Shown here piece after piece: positions 8,450-20,842 of a stretch of DNA of 64,000 nucleotides. The DNA comes from Haliotis cracherodii (taxonomy: Eukaryota). The notes beneath the pieces were generated by a model. That model made no database searches and had not been told where the DNA came from. It saw only the letters and a list, made by a program, of their open reading frames with translations. The stretch spans positions 39,990,001 to 40,054,000 of the forward strand of contig NW_027266264.1 in NCBI RefSeq assembly GCF_022045235.1. The letters run 5' to 3'. The translations under genes were made by a program, and so were the position numbers. Every line of letters starts with the position of its first letter. Position 1 is the first letter of the stretch.

Positions 8450-9995
8450 CATACCATGTCGAAGGCTTTGCTGAAGTCCAGAATTACTGCGGCTAGGTAT
8501 TGTCTGTTTAATTGAGCTTTTTTTTATTTCATTTTCCAGTCTTAGAATATGATCTAGACATGAGTGTCCCTTCCTGAAGCCACTTTGGTCAGGTTTTATG
8601 TGGTTGCCAGTTTCAGGGTGATGCATGAGCCTTTTATTAACCATGGCTTCCATAGCTTTGCACATGTTTGAGGTGAGTGAGATCGGTCGATAAGAGTTTG
8701 GTAGGGCTTCGTCTTTCCCTTGCTTTAGCAGCGGGATAACTGCAGCATGTTTCCATGCTTTTGGGACTTCTCCTTTGGACCATATCCTGTTATACAACTC
8801 AGTGAGTAAGCCTTTGGTTTGATCAGGTAGGTTTTTCAATATCTCGTAGCTGGTTGTGTCAAGACCAGGTGCCATGCCTTTTCTATGTTGTATCACATCA
8901 TCAAACTCTTTCACAGTAAATGGTATATTGTATACCAGATGCTTGCTTTGCCGACGTTTTGAGGTCTTAAGCATAACCATTTTTTCCTGTTTGAATTCTT
9001 CGCCGCTATTTGTGTTGCTGCTGACAGATGAGAAGTGCTCAGCTAGAATGTTGGCCTTTCCTTTGACTGTATGGACGTTGGCTAACTTTGGAATTTTGGT
9101 GGGTTTACGCTCACCCCTGATTGCGTGTATTTTGCTCCAGACTGTTTTAGCATTTGTTTTCTCATTAAGGGATTTGCAGAAGGTCTGCCATGACTCTGTT
9201 TTAGAATCGTCTATGAGTTGTCTTACTTTTGTCCTGGCTGCTCGGACTTGGGCGAAGGCTGATTTATCCCTTTTTTTACCTATTTAGGGCTTTCTTTCTC
9301 ACTCTCCTAGCTTTTGCTATTTCCCTGTTCCACCATGGTACCGGAGTTTTGGCAGTTTTGTGGTCTTTCTTGGAATTGATTTTTCAGCTGCGGCAATAAT
9401 TACTGAGGTGAGATTTTGGCAAAAAAGATCAGGATTATCCGAGACAATTTCTGAGGACTTGAATGATAAACATTCCTTCCTGAATTTAGGCCAATCAGCT
9501 TTTGCATAGTCCCATGTGGGCTGAGGATTGGGCTGTTCCTCTAATTGTGGTGGGCTACCTATGCAGTTGAGTATAGGAAGGTGATCGCTTCCCCACGTGT
9601 TGTCATGGACTTGCCATTGGCAATGTGAGGCGAGGTTTTTGGTGGCAATTGTGAGATCAATTGAACTCCACGTGTTGTGGACTTGGTCATAACGTGTGTG
9701 ACTGCCATTGTTCAGAGTTATGAGATTGTTGTCCTCAACCCATTTCTCTACCATTTTGCCGTATATGCATGAATCATTCCTGTCTTCCCAAAGAGGGCTG
9801 TGGGCTTTAAAGTCACCAAGGATTATCCAAATTTTGCCTACTATTTGAGCTAGTCTTGTTAGCTCTCCCATGTTCGTTTCATGGGTAACCCTGTGATATA
9901 TGTTAGCTATGCGTAATTCGTTGCCATTTGCCAGTTTTAGGGAGATTACTTGGGTTTCAAGGTTTCCTACGGTTGATTCGATATCTGTTTTAGGT
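8450..9995 (-). mobile_element. Degenerate non-LTR retrotransposon (APE endonuclease + RT N-half; I/Nimb/Jockey-like), cut by the Polinton
   Basis: GDFKAHSPLW, SSIDLTI, GSDHLPI, WDYAKADWPKFR; APGLD, WKHAAVIPLLKQGK, SYRPISLTS, QSGFRKGHS, LDFSKAFDMV (interrupted at 8450). Frameshifts are present. Confidence 0.9.
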
Positions 9996-10639
9996 ACAGC
10001 TGTTTTATATAAAAAACATCAATTTATTTTATAAGCTCCTTGTAAGGTCGCAACTTTTGAAGTAATGTTGTCACAAGTAATCTCCGAGCTCAACATGCCA
10101 CGTTTGACTCAAAAATATAAAACAAACATATGTTGTGTTTTCATTTTAAATCATATAAGCTTAATCTCCTCATCTTTTAACTGTAAGCCTCTTAGTTGCT
10201 ACCATCCGTTCACCCCTTAATTAGTGAAAGTAGATGCGCCCAGTGAGTAGTCATGGTTGAGTGGTAGCATATAATCGACCGATCGGGAAAAACCCAGACA
10301 CTTTTTTCTACAAATTGAAACATTTTAATTTCAGAAATTCGACGGATCGGGTGGTCACCGTCAAAGCAGACCAGCGCCAACACGGACAAGACACTTTGAT
10401 CAAAACGTCTTAGTTTTTTTAAACGGATCACTGTGGTCAAAACTGACCAGAGAAATATCGGATTGAAAATACGAATTAGTTGGGGTTTTTTATTTCATAC
10501 TTTCCTTGTAGTTACTATAGTTGTGTGTTGATATGTTATCGACTCTTCTGACATATTCCTATACTTGTTTGTATAACATGGTGGCAGTTTGTCAGAAATG
10601 GGTGGGTGGGTGGTAGGGGGTGGGTGATGTGTGTGTGTG

Positions 10640-10937
10640 TGTCAGTCAGTAAGCGTTCGATCGTCACGCCGGGGTTCGATTCAATGTACAATGTGTGAAG
10701 CCCGTTTTTAGTGTTTAGTGGTTTAGCGTAAAACCATACTCACTCACTCTTAGAAGTCTGTGAGACATGACCGATATATCAGGTGAAGTCGATACCCGTG
10801 CTCGTGGGTTTCACCGAAGTGGTAAACGTCAGAGATCTGCATCACTTCGGGCTTTCCTCCCACATTAAGCTGACACGCCATGATATGACTGGAATACTGC
10901 CAAAAGCGGCGTTAAACCCAACTCACCCACTCACTCA
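10640..10937 (+). mobile_element. Two adjacent partial tRNA-derived SINE copies
   Basis: B-box-like GGGTTCGATTC with body TACAATGTGTGAAGCCC (same family as 52497-52665). A second body ends GGAATACTGCCAAAAGCGGCGTTAAACCCAACTCAC with an (ACTC)n tail; a related copy lies at about 29320-29455. Confidence 0.7.
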
Positions 10938-11721
10938 GGTGAAGTCGCCTTTTAGAAGATTCATCATGATTTCAAACTTTGAGACGAGGGGATCGGAGAG
11001 CACTAACATATTAATTTGAATTACAGTAGCCTGACTTAGTAAGGTCAGGTCATCGACTATAAGGTATCAAATCCAATCGATTTGTAGTTATATCAAGGCG
11101 AACTCACAAAACGAAAATGTTGAAAGAATGTATGTATGGCAGTGGTACTCACGCTCAATGGTGTGTGATACAAAGTACACAAATACACACATGTTTTTAT
11201 ATAACCAGGAAGACCATTTGCATACACATTCAGAGACATTCATCCTTATGTTATCCATATACACATTATAGATATCCAACAGCGTGCTCAGAAGGTCACC
11301 CGGTAAGTGCTATCAGTTCATTAATAATAAAAAAAAGAAATGGGGAAAAAAACAACGAAGAAAAACGAGTATGTAATGTGGAAACACATTTCAAGTTGAA
11401 TACATTATTAAAACAATTGTATGTGATTGTTCTCTTATAAAGACTTAAAAATGCTATTACGCAATGATCCTGGCTTTTGGGGAGATCAAGGTCCTCAAGG
11501 CTCTTCCTAACTTGAGCGATGTGTGTACAGTGCACGAATGGAATAATCTGCCCGTGAGGGTTTGGCTACTACGCCTATAAGTCGAAAAGACGTTGCAGAC
11601 AGCGTTGTATGGCCAGTTTACCGCTTGAGACACCAGAGGCCAGCCACAGCGCTTCTGGGTGATGCTGATCTTTACGTGGTTTTCTGGCGCATGGTCTGTG
11701 AAACTTCCAGCCCTTGGCACC

Positions 11722-11882
11722 TGTGTTACAACCCTTAATGTAAAAATTACTCTTAATGTAAACATTTTTACATTAAGGGTTACGTTTTAACATTAAGAGT
11801 AACAACCCGCAACCCTTAATGTAAAGAATATTCTTTTTACATTAAGGGTTAATATCGGACATATCGCCCCTTAATGTAAAAT
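11722..11882. repeat. Cluster of short direct and inverted repeats (ACCCTTAATGTAAA / TTTACATTAAGGGT), probable transposon subterminal region
   Basis: About seven copies of a 14-bp motif in both orientations within 160 bp. Confidence 0.6.
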
Positions 11883-12241
11883 ATTCTTATAAACAAAGTT
11901 TGATTTGAAATATAGGATACGTTTTGCTATGTTCACGTTTTTTAGTGTTTTTGCTCGGTTTCTTGCATTTATTCGTAATAAGCGTAATTCGTAAAATGTC
12001 CAAGTTCGGGAGGAATACCTTTGGTAAAATGGTAAGACGTGTTATTGATTTTCGCTACAGATAACATGCTGTTACTATTCTGTTGGATAAAGGTATGTTT
12101 TGTTTCAGTAGCGCTACATTATGTGTTTTTACATATATCCAGCCGGAGAGATCGACCTGGTAATAATAACAAAGATAGACAGAATGGGGTAGAGATTTTG
12201 TTTGAGATTGAGATTTTAGCTGTTTCTATCATTGTACTTGG

Positions 12242-12512
12242 ATTTGTTTGTTTGTTTGTTTGTTTGCTGTTGTTTAACGCCGCACTCAGCAATATTTCAG
12301 CTACATGACAATGGTCTGTAAATAATCGAGTCTTGACAAGACAATCCAGTGGTCGACATCATGAGCATTGATCCACGCATTTGGGATATGAGGACATGCA
12401 TCAACCAAGTCAGCGAGTCTGACCACCCGATCCCGTTAGTCTACAAGCATAGTCGCCTTTTTGGCAAGAATGGGTTGCTGAAGACCTATCCTTCCCCGGA
12501 TCTTCACAGGTC
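12242..12512 (-). mobile_element. SINE (family with related copies at about 37855-38065, 56150-56292 and 62472-62722)
   Basis: Shared body ...GACCACCCGATCCCGTTAGTC...GGGTTGCTGAAGA... and 3' end AATATTGCTGAGTGCGGCGTTAAACAAC(AAAC)n, seen several times in the window. Confidence 0.8.
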
Positions 12513-12756
12513 CATTGTACATGAACAGTAGAACCGGTGTGACGCGGGCCTATGTGGAGAACGATGTTATTCACCATGTTGAAAGTAATAATTACTTAAG
12601 AGATGTTTTTACACAATTTGAGATGGAAAGATATTTATGTGATAATTTACTTTGGAAAAACTCTTTTGGAAATGTGTTCAATTCTGAACATACATATTGT
12701 GAATGGAAGATTTGGAACTGACTATCAAATCGGTCAGTGAACATTTATTGGGCATT

Positions 12757-13041
12757 TAGTGAGTGAGTGAGTTGGGTTTAACGCCATTTTTAACAGTATT
12801 CCATTTATATCACGGCTTAATGTCATTTTAATGTGGGAGGAAAACCTGAAGTGATGCAGGCCTCAGACGTTTACCACCTCGCTGAAAACCACGAGCACGG
12901 GTATGGTGCTGACAAACCTAGCAACATAATCGGAGCGAATCGGGATTTGAACCTACAATCATAGGTTTCTGGCGTACCCAAAGGGACGCAACTCAGCACA
13001 GCGAATCGCGGCGCCTTAGACGACTGTGCCACCCGTGCCTC
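12757..13041 (-). mobile_element. tRNA-derived SINE
   Basis: The reverse strand shows A-box GGTGGCACAGTCG, B-box GGTTCAAATCC and a 3' end GGCGTTAAACCCAACTCACTCACT, as in the other SINEs. Confidence 0.65.
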
Positions 13042-13464
13042 CTATTGGGCATTTAGGATGTAGTGTGATAGATTATGGTTTGGCATAGAGTGACATGTTC
13101 CCCGATGTTGATGAATGTCTCTGTAAAAAACATGAAAGGTGCCATTATGTAAATGCGTTCAGAAATAACTGAAGATAACTCATACCTTATTAAGTAAAAA
13201 ATTTTTTGCAATGAATACAGATAACTGTGGAATCAATGCACAATGTATAAGGAGTGACCTAGAAAAATGCAGCAGCGGTACACTCTAAAAGTTCCTGGGA
13301 CATCATAAAACGTATGTCTGGACCCAACCCTATTGTCGTAACTGCTTTCGGACGTCCAGTGCGACCCTTCTACAGTTACTAAATGTATTGCCGTTCCTGG
13401 TCATCATGGTCATTTACGCCATGAATTTGCCCCTCGTTTTGTCCGCCTCGGCTCCGTCAAGGAG

Positions 13465-13855
13465 TGATTGGTCTAACGACGCTTACTCCAAAGGTGTTAG
13501 CATCTTCAGATCCCCTGACATCAATGGGCAGTGCATTCCATAGAGTTGCACCTGCTTTTCGGAAGGTTCTGTCGCCATATGCTGTTCTGCTGGTGGAACA
13601 GCAGGCTGTAGTTTGTTTGCAGATCTCAGTGTTCGTCCAGGTTGGTAAAAGGCAGTGAGTTCCTGGAGGTATACTGGGGATAACCCATGGATCGATTTGT
13701 AGACAAACATGATCAGCTTGAACACGATCCTGAGTCTCACAGGTAGCCAGTGCAGCTCTTTCAGGACGGGTGTCATGTGTTCACGCATTGACTTCCGTGT
13801 GATGAGTCTGGCAGCAGTGTCTTGCACACGCTGTAGTCTATCCAGATGATCTTGC
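13465..13855 (-). mobile_element. L2/CR1-group LINE 3' RT fragment
   Basis: RLQRVQDTAARLITRKSMREHMTPVLKELHWLPVRLRIVFKL...YQPGRTLRS, a typical L2 ORF2 C-terminus. Confidence 0.85.
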
Positions 13856-14182
13856 TGGATAATAAATCAGCTGGCTTGACGACATCTATTGAAGCCATTG
13901 TACAAACATGGTTTGAGTGCTAAAATGGGTAAAATGTTACAATCCTTGTACAGTAATGTAAAGGCCTGTGTTCGTCCAAACAACAGAGTATCTGGTATAT
14001 TTGTTGCTTCATGGGTGTGAGTCAAGGGTGTATGCTTTTTCCCTTTTTATTTTAGTTTATTTTCATAAACGAATTGGTTACAAAATGGAACAAAACTGTC
14101 TTCTTTTTTTTAATTTTTTATTTTTTCCAATCATTTTACATTTATTTGATAAAATGTAACATTCCAGTACGTAGCTAAGTAA

Positions 14183-17100
14183 TCAGCTAAATAGATGATG
14201 GCATGTTGACCAAAATTTATAGAATAGGCCAATGTCACACTCAATAATCGCTGCACATTTAGTAAGGTTGTAGTAGTTTCTTGTTTCGTTCTGAAAGACT
14301 TGAAATGACGGGAGTCTTTTGTATAACTTACTTTTAAATATAAGGTATTTTATTATCAAAAAGATGATATTTAGAGGGTCATTGCGTTTTTCTGTAAAGC
14401 CAATCATCACATGTTTCTTTGTAATTTCGATTTGGATGTTAGCCTTTTGAAGTAGCCAAGCTTCAAGTTGACGCCAGATTTGCTGAACCATATTACAGGA
14501 CCAAAAAAGATGGATTGGGGTCTCGATATCAACTGAACAAAAACTGCAATTTCGACTTTCAACATAACCTAATTTACACAAGAAAACATTAGTCGGAAGT
14601 TTATGATGGAGTATTTTGTATTGGAGCCATTGCAGTTTAGTGTCTCTAGTACATCGAAAAGGCATTCTATTGTATTGGGATCAGTTTTCAATTGAGTTAT
14701 CCGTTAGAATATTCTTTTCCCATTTCGTACAGTGTACATTTTTTGTAGTGACTTCTGAAATTAGTAAGTTGTAGAAGCATTTCGATCCATTTACAAATAT
14801 AAGTACATTTTCGATACATGGGGGTATAATTGGATTTTGCAACTTGTTCAATTCTTCTAGTTCAACATTACTTGCCTTAAAATAGTGTTTTATGGCCACG
14901 ATAAGGCCGTTATATAGTAGGAAGTTCGTTTTTATCTCGAAAGATTTTAAAAAGTTGTCAAACGACAGAAATTTTCCATCTTTGTCAAGGAGGTCATTTA
15001 TGAAACGTACCCCCTTTTGATTCCAGGTGCTATAAAAAACGGGCTTACGCCCAATACATATATTACTGTTAAACCAAATATTATCGGCCAGTAAATGATT
15101 TGCGTTGTGTTCCAGTTGAGCGTTTAAGTCCCACCAGGCAGTCAAAATATCTTTGTAGTAATTGTTAGGGGTAATTGGTAGTAGTTTATTTCTTAAGTAG
15201 TTACAGTTATGTTCTAATATATTGCCTGCACCTACCGGTAACTTGGGAAGATTAAGATTAAATAGATAACTCCACTTGGATTTCGAAGTAAGAAAGCGTC
15301 TTATCATTGATATTTTTTTAGCCTGGATTGTTGCTTTAATGTTAGGGACATTGAACCCTCCATCCTTTTTTTCACAAATGATTTGGTTTCTTTTAATTTT
15401 GTCAGGCTTATTCTTCCAGATAAACTTAAAACAATTTCTTTGAAATGCATTAACAACATCAGTGAACTGATTTGGAGTGAACTGAATAAGTGATGTAGCT
15501 TAGGAATAATTAACGATTTTAAAATCGTGTTTCTGCCAAGGGGAGTAAGGTTGCGGGCTGACCAAATAGACATTAGCTGTTCACATATTCTAATCTTTTG
15601 TGTATAATTTGTTACTATCATATCATCAAGATCCTGGGTAAATGTAATTCCTAGAAGGTCAAAGTCACTTTGGTCCCAACTGAGATTAGGTTGGGGGCAT
15701 AATTTCATTCTTGAGCGTTTTTTGGATCCAATCCATATGAGACGCGTTTTAACTTATGTGTTAACTTATAGACCTGAAAATCTGGCAAAGACATTTAATA
15801 CATTAAACACAGCAAAGAGACATTGTTCGGAGCCGTCTAAAACACATGTTGTATCGTCCGCAAACTGATTGATTAGAAATTCTACATTGTCTATATTTAC
15901 CCCTTTGATATTTTTGTTGTTTTTGTATCATTATGGCAAGAATCTCTGCACAGAGAATAAATATGTATGGAGAGAGTGGATCACCCTGACGACATCCCCT
16001 TTGTATATCAAACATAGGCGAACCATAACCATTTACAAGTACACTGGATTCTATCCCGTTATATAATGTCATGAACCACGAACGTATTGATCGTCCAAAA
16101 TTGAAGAAGGCTAGTGTCTTATCCATGAAGGACCAGTCAACTGTATCAAATGCCTTTTCAAAGTCGATTAGTAGGAGTAGTCCAGGAATTTGGTGTGATT
16201 CTGTGTATTCCATAAGGTCATAAAGTAACCTCGTTATCTCGCCAATATACCTACCAGACATAAAGCCTTTTTGGTCGTCGCTAATTAATATATGGAGCAC
16301 AAATTTTATTCTTTTGGAGATAGCAAGTGAAGCTATTTTGTAAAAAACTGATAAAAGTGAGATAGGTCTCCAGTTTTTTAAAAACATTCTTGGTTTGTTA
16401 CCTTTTGGAATGCAAGTAATAAGTCCCCTTTTTAGAGTTATGGACAATTCACCTTTATCATATGATTGATTTATAGATCAGATTAAAAATTTGTTGATAT
16501 CTGACGAATTTTTTTTAAGAAATTCAGCAGTGAAACCATCGGAACCGGGGCTTTTATCATTTTTCAAACATTTCAGTGCTGCAAGTAGTTCTTCATAGTC
16601 AAGTTTGCCTTCTAGTGATGATGATAAATTTCTATCCAGCTTGGGCACATTACAATCCTTCAATAAATTTTCAAGATCAACATTACTAACATCATTTTTC
16701 TTATGATAGAGTTTGGAATAGAATTTTCTAATTTCTTCTTGAATTTCCTGTTGATTTGTTAAAACATCTCCATACTCGTTTTGCAGACAAGAGAAAGATA
16801 TTTATGAAATTTCTAGACTCTAACGATAAGAAATATTTGGTTGGTTTTTCCCCCTTTGCGACTGCATTTACTTTTGCCCTTATCATAAGCCCTTGCGTTT
16901 TGATCTTATTAATATATTCTAGTTTTTTATTTATCGTATCAATTTCCTTTAGTATCTTAGATTTAGCTTCAATGTCGTTAGTCGCATCCATGTCCTCGGT
17001 TAACTGATTAATCTTAGATATGAGTTCAGTTTCATCTCTTTCTCGTTGGCGCTTTTTGTAAGATGAATATCTAATAGTCTCGCCCCTTATCTGCAAGAGT

Positions 17101-17981
17101 AGAATTTCGAAAAACATCTGGTCGTCTATGGTAAACTCACTGTCAGTAGAGTCATAATTCTTGTATTGTAAAATTGTTTCCGATATTGTTTTTTGGACAA
17201 TAGCTACATAGTCTTTGTCCCTGAGAAGCGAGTTATTAAATTTCCAGAATCCTGCCCCCTGTCTATTTCAGTTAGGGTAAATGACATTGATACTGGAGAA
17301 TGGTCCGACATAAAGCTTGGCTCTATCTGAGTAGCTGTAATAGACGGGATCATATTATGGGACACAAGAAAATAATCAAGTCTAGCTTGCTTCAATGGAG
17401 ATGGTTGGCGCCAGGTGTATCTTTTTTCATTCTCTCTCGCCAAGGGTCAACTAGGTTCATTTCAGCTTTTAATTTCATTATTCTATCTCTCGCCTTTGGA
17501 TTATTATTGTGTTTATAATTCAAGGTGTCAAAGTAATAATCTTGAACAACATTCCAATCTCCACAAACAATTATATGATCGCTATTTAGTGATTTTATCG
17601 CTGTTTCAAGATCGTTGTAGAAGATAGGGTCGTCAACATTCGGACCATAAAGGTTAATGATAGCTAACTTATATTTATCGATTGTGATTTCGACTATTAA
17701 ACTATTACCATCATTATCTTTACAACATTATCAAGAGCAAAGTCTATATTTTTAGCAAATAGGATAGAAACACCTCTTGAATTACTACTATAGGAACTGT
17801 AGAAGCAGTGTTTACAGCCCCAGTCTTCCGTTACTAACTTTTCCATATCTTCAGTAAAATGAACATCTTGTAAGCAGTATATAGATGAGCGCTTCTTTTT
17901 CAAGAATCTAAACATTTCCCTCCTTTTTTTCCTATTATTCAAACCTCTACAATTTAGAGATGTTATCTTTATCTTACTCAT
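14183..17981 (-). pseudogene. Tx1/L1-clade LINE ORF2 (APE endonuclease, RT, C-terminal Zn-binding domain), multiple frameshifts
   Basis: MSKIKITSLNCRGLNN..CLQDVH..SNSRGVSILF; QARLDYFLVS..SDHSPV; KSPGSDGFTAEF; KNWRPISLL; DFEKAFDTVDW; RGCRQGDPLSPYIF; CSFCSVDIETPIHLFWSC. Confidence 0.93.
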
Positions 17982-18539
17982 GTTTTAAGATAATATGCTA
18001 GCAAGGTGCTCACAATGAATGAATGAGAATATCCCGTAGGTACAGTATGGTTAGGGAACATGGATGGATATGATCAAGAGCGGGAGTTGAGTGTAACATT
18101 GTCCAAAAGCATACATACAGCTATATCTGTAGCACATGAAAGACTCAGAAGCGTATAACAAAAAGTTGATAAAGATGAAAAATGATTGGTAACTGAGCGT
18201 TGGGTATTCATGAAGTCAAGGCTCCACGGATGATAACAATTATCATAGTTCACGTCGACAGCTTAAATTTAGTAAATGTTTCATACTCACACATTTGCAT
18301 TGTGTCCATGTAATTAATCCAGAAAGGTCCAGAGAATCCATAAAGAAAGTATGTGACACAGACAACACAACACAAGACAACAGCGTACCACAGAACAACA
18401 CCGTGGTACTGTGGCCACATGGCTCATCTCTCACTTTGCGCGGGAAGCACGTGCAGATTGTGTGCCTACAAATGTGCTTGTCTTATAACTGGTTATTGTT
18501 CAGTTGTTTTACTGTATAAAGTACATGTCTATTCCTTAA

Positions 18540-20635
18540 GGAAATATATATTTCGTTTTGTAAGATTTGCGTGATGTTATGCTAAATGGATGTACGGAAA
18601 TTTCATTTGAACACGACGCCCTAAGGCGGAGTGTTCAAATGAAGAATTTCCGTACATCCATTCAGCATAACATCACGCAAATCTTACAAAACGAAATATT
18701 TATCGACATTGTAACATGAACGTTAAATAAAATTGATATTTAGGAGGAACTAATTTACTGAGCGCATGACACAACAAGACTGTCGTTAGTAATACGTCTC
18801 CTCGTGCTCACCTTCGAAAAGATGCATGATATGGGGTGCCGCGAAACCGATCAATGGTTTCGAGGTACTCCAATAATGATGGTCCATTTTACGAAAGGGG
18901 TGGTCACATGTTCAAGCCCATTTCTCAGAAAATAAACAAACAACAGGACATATCACAAATTTAATTCTTTATCACAGTTCCTCATCCTACTTGTAATTGG
19001 TAGTTATGCGTATCTATGCAACACAAATAATCAAAATTAGAAAAGACGTACATACTGTTTGGCCCCTGTACAAGATAGTGTCAACTCGCCTGAAACTGAG
19101 GTGGTGACAAGAGACGTCAAACATGTGCGAAATTTCAGACATGCAGCTTAGCTGGGATGGAAAAAGTTGTTTACTGTTACAGTGGAAAAACATATGTGAG
19201 AAAGACCGTGGGAATTAGCAGAAGAATTAACCTGGAAATTATTCACGGGAGCAGTGGACAGTGGCAGGATATTTGTATCTTGGACAGGTACCAAATTACG
19301 TTCGTTAGCGAGCTGCTGCTGTCCTTGAAAAATGTTCGAATTATGTCGTTTTTGAGCCGAGCTCGTGTCAATGGAATACGACTTCAACGATTCATCGGTT
19401 TTGTGGCCGGTAATTTTGCAAATCTCTCGATTTTCAATACCTGCGTTTGACAGCAAAGTGACGGCAGTTTGCAGTGTGAAATTCCCGGTCTTGGATAATG
19501 TTTATGCTGCGCTGATATGCCTGTGTATGGCAGCACGCAACCCAACAAAACTCGATTTTGAGTAAAGGTCTCCCTCAGCATTTCTGACTTCGGCATAAAA
19601 GAACCTCAGTCTCTCGTTCAGTTGAAAAGCAGGAAGCTCTTCGAGCGTGGATTCAAAACCTCGGAAACCAAGCCATTCTGGAAGTGAAAAGATTGCCTTG
19701 TTCAGGGTACAAATGTGACGGTAAGTGGGAGTAAAATATTCGTTATTATTACGGTGTCGTGTTTAAATGAAATTTCCGTATATCCATTTAGTATAACATT
19801 TCTCAAATCTTACAAAACGAAATATTTAATTTATGTTAAGATTTTGGTCAATCTCGTTATATTATTGCCAATTTTTGCGATGACACATTGGTCACGCTTT
19901 ACATTGCTGTCATGGCAATGGTGTAAGGGAGGTAACTCTCGCTGATGTTGATCGATTCTGCGTAGGAAATTTTGGTATGTGTTTATGTATTCTTTTATGA
20001 TTCAATGGCTAACGTCGAAATATTTTAACTGCCTGTAGATTTGGAGAGGTTCCCATCCACGATGTCCTGTACTGCTTTTTCATCAAGGGACGCGAAGCGG
20101 TCACTGGACGCTTGAACTTTGGGCTCTACGGAAACGCTGGCTGTATTTCCTAGTTCAGGGGCCATCTCAGAACGGTTTTCAGCTTCAACAGCTGTTGTGG
20201 GTTATAATAAGAACAAAATTAGGTGGGTGTATGAAAGTCATAACTATTATAGAGTTGCAATAAATGTTTTTACTATGTTAAAAATTGATTTTGTTTTGTT
20301 TTTTCCTTTGGCCAAGCCCAAGAAAATTACATTAATTATGATTATTGTTTTGTAATTAATGGAAAAAGGTAAATTTCATTTACCTTCAAATTCTTGAATT
20401 ATCTCAGAAAATGTCTCGTCGTCCCATTCACTCAATATTTCATCGAAATCTCTGATGTGGAAGTCAGGGTAAATTTCAGTCTGTTCCTCCATGTTGATGA
20501 TTTCAAAAATAGTTCCATTAATTAATGTATACATACACGGTGATGAGACCCCAAAAATTCAGCGATGTTATGCTCATTCGACAACACTTTTTAACCAATC
20601 AGATCAGGGAACATACCTACTTTTATGTTACAATT
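18540..20635 (-). mobile_element. Crypton-type tyrosine-recombinase DNA transposon relic (internally deleted) nested between Tx1 ORF1 and ORF2; boundaries approximate
   Basis: Minus-strand fragments: acidic first exon from ATG 20492 ending at a GT donor near 20383; RFASLDEKAVQDIV near 20060-20100; ERLRFFYAEVRN and SKSSFVGLRAAIHRHI near 19510-19620; AVTLLSNAGIENREICKITGHKTDESLKSY (YR catalytic H...Y region) near 19375-19470. Confidence 0.75.
18548..18699. repeat. Long near-perfect palindrome (arms about 67 bp, 16-bp spacer)
   Basis: ATATTTCGTTTTGTAAGATTTGCGTGATGTTATGCTAAATGGATGTACGGAAATTTCATTTGAACAC / GACGCCCTAAGGCGGA / GTGTTCAAATGAAGAATTTCCGTACATCCATTCAGCATAACATCACGCAAATCTTACAAAACGAAATAT. 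A further arm copy lies at about 19757-19828. Confidence 0.92.
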
Positions 20636-20842
20636 CATAATGAAAATGAGAGGAAAAACAAATGCTAGCATAACAAAAACACAACAGTGGCACAAACCGA
20701 AATGAAAGCCAATTGGCGGGAAAACAAAAACGTTTCGTCACACACGTTCTCCGAGGACGGTGTATTAACTAGTTGTTTGAAACCATAATTTGAATAATCA
20801 AAACAACGACATATGAAATCTATGGAGTTTTTACTCGTATTT

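Noticed and set aside
7781-8515. Overlapping Arg/Ala-rich ORFs on both strands near the Polinton end
   Set aside because: They arise from the GC-rich 40-bp subterminal repeat, which lacks stop codons.
8408-8980. 190-aa ORF as an intact gene
   Set aside because: It is a frameshifted LINE RT fragment running across the Polinton junction; its C-terminus is out of frame and chimeric.
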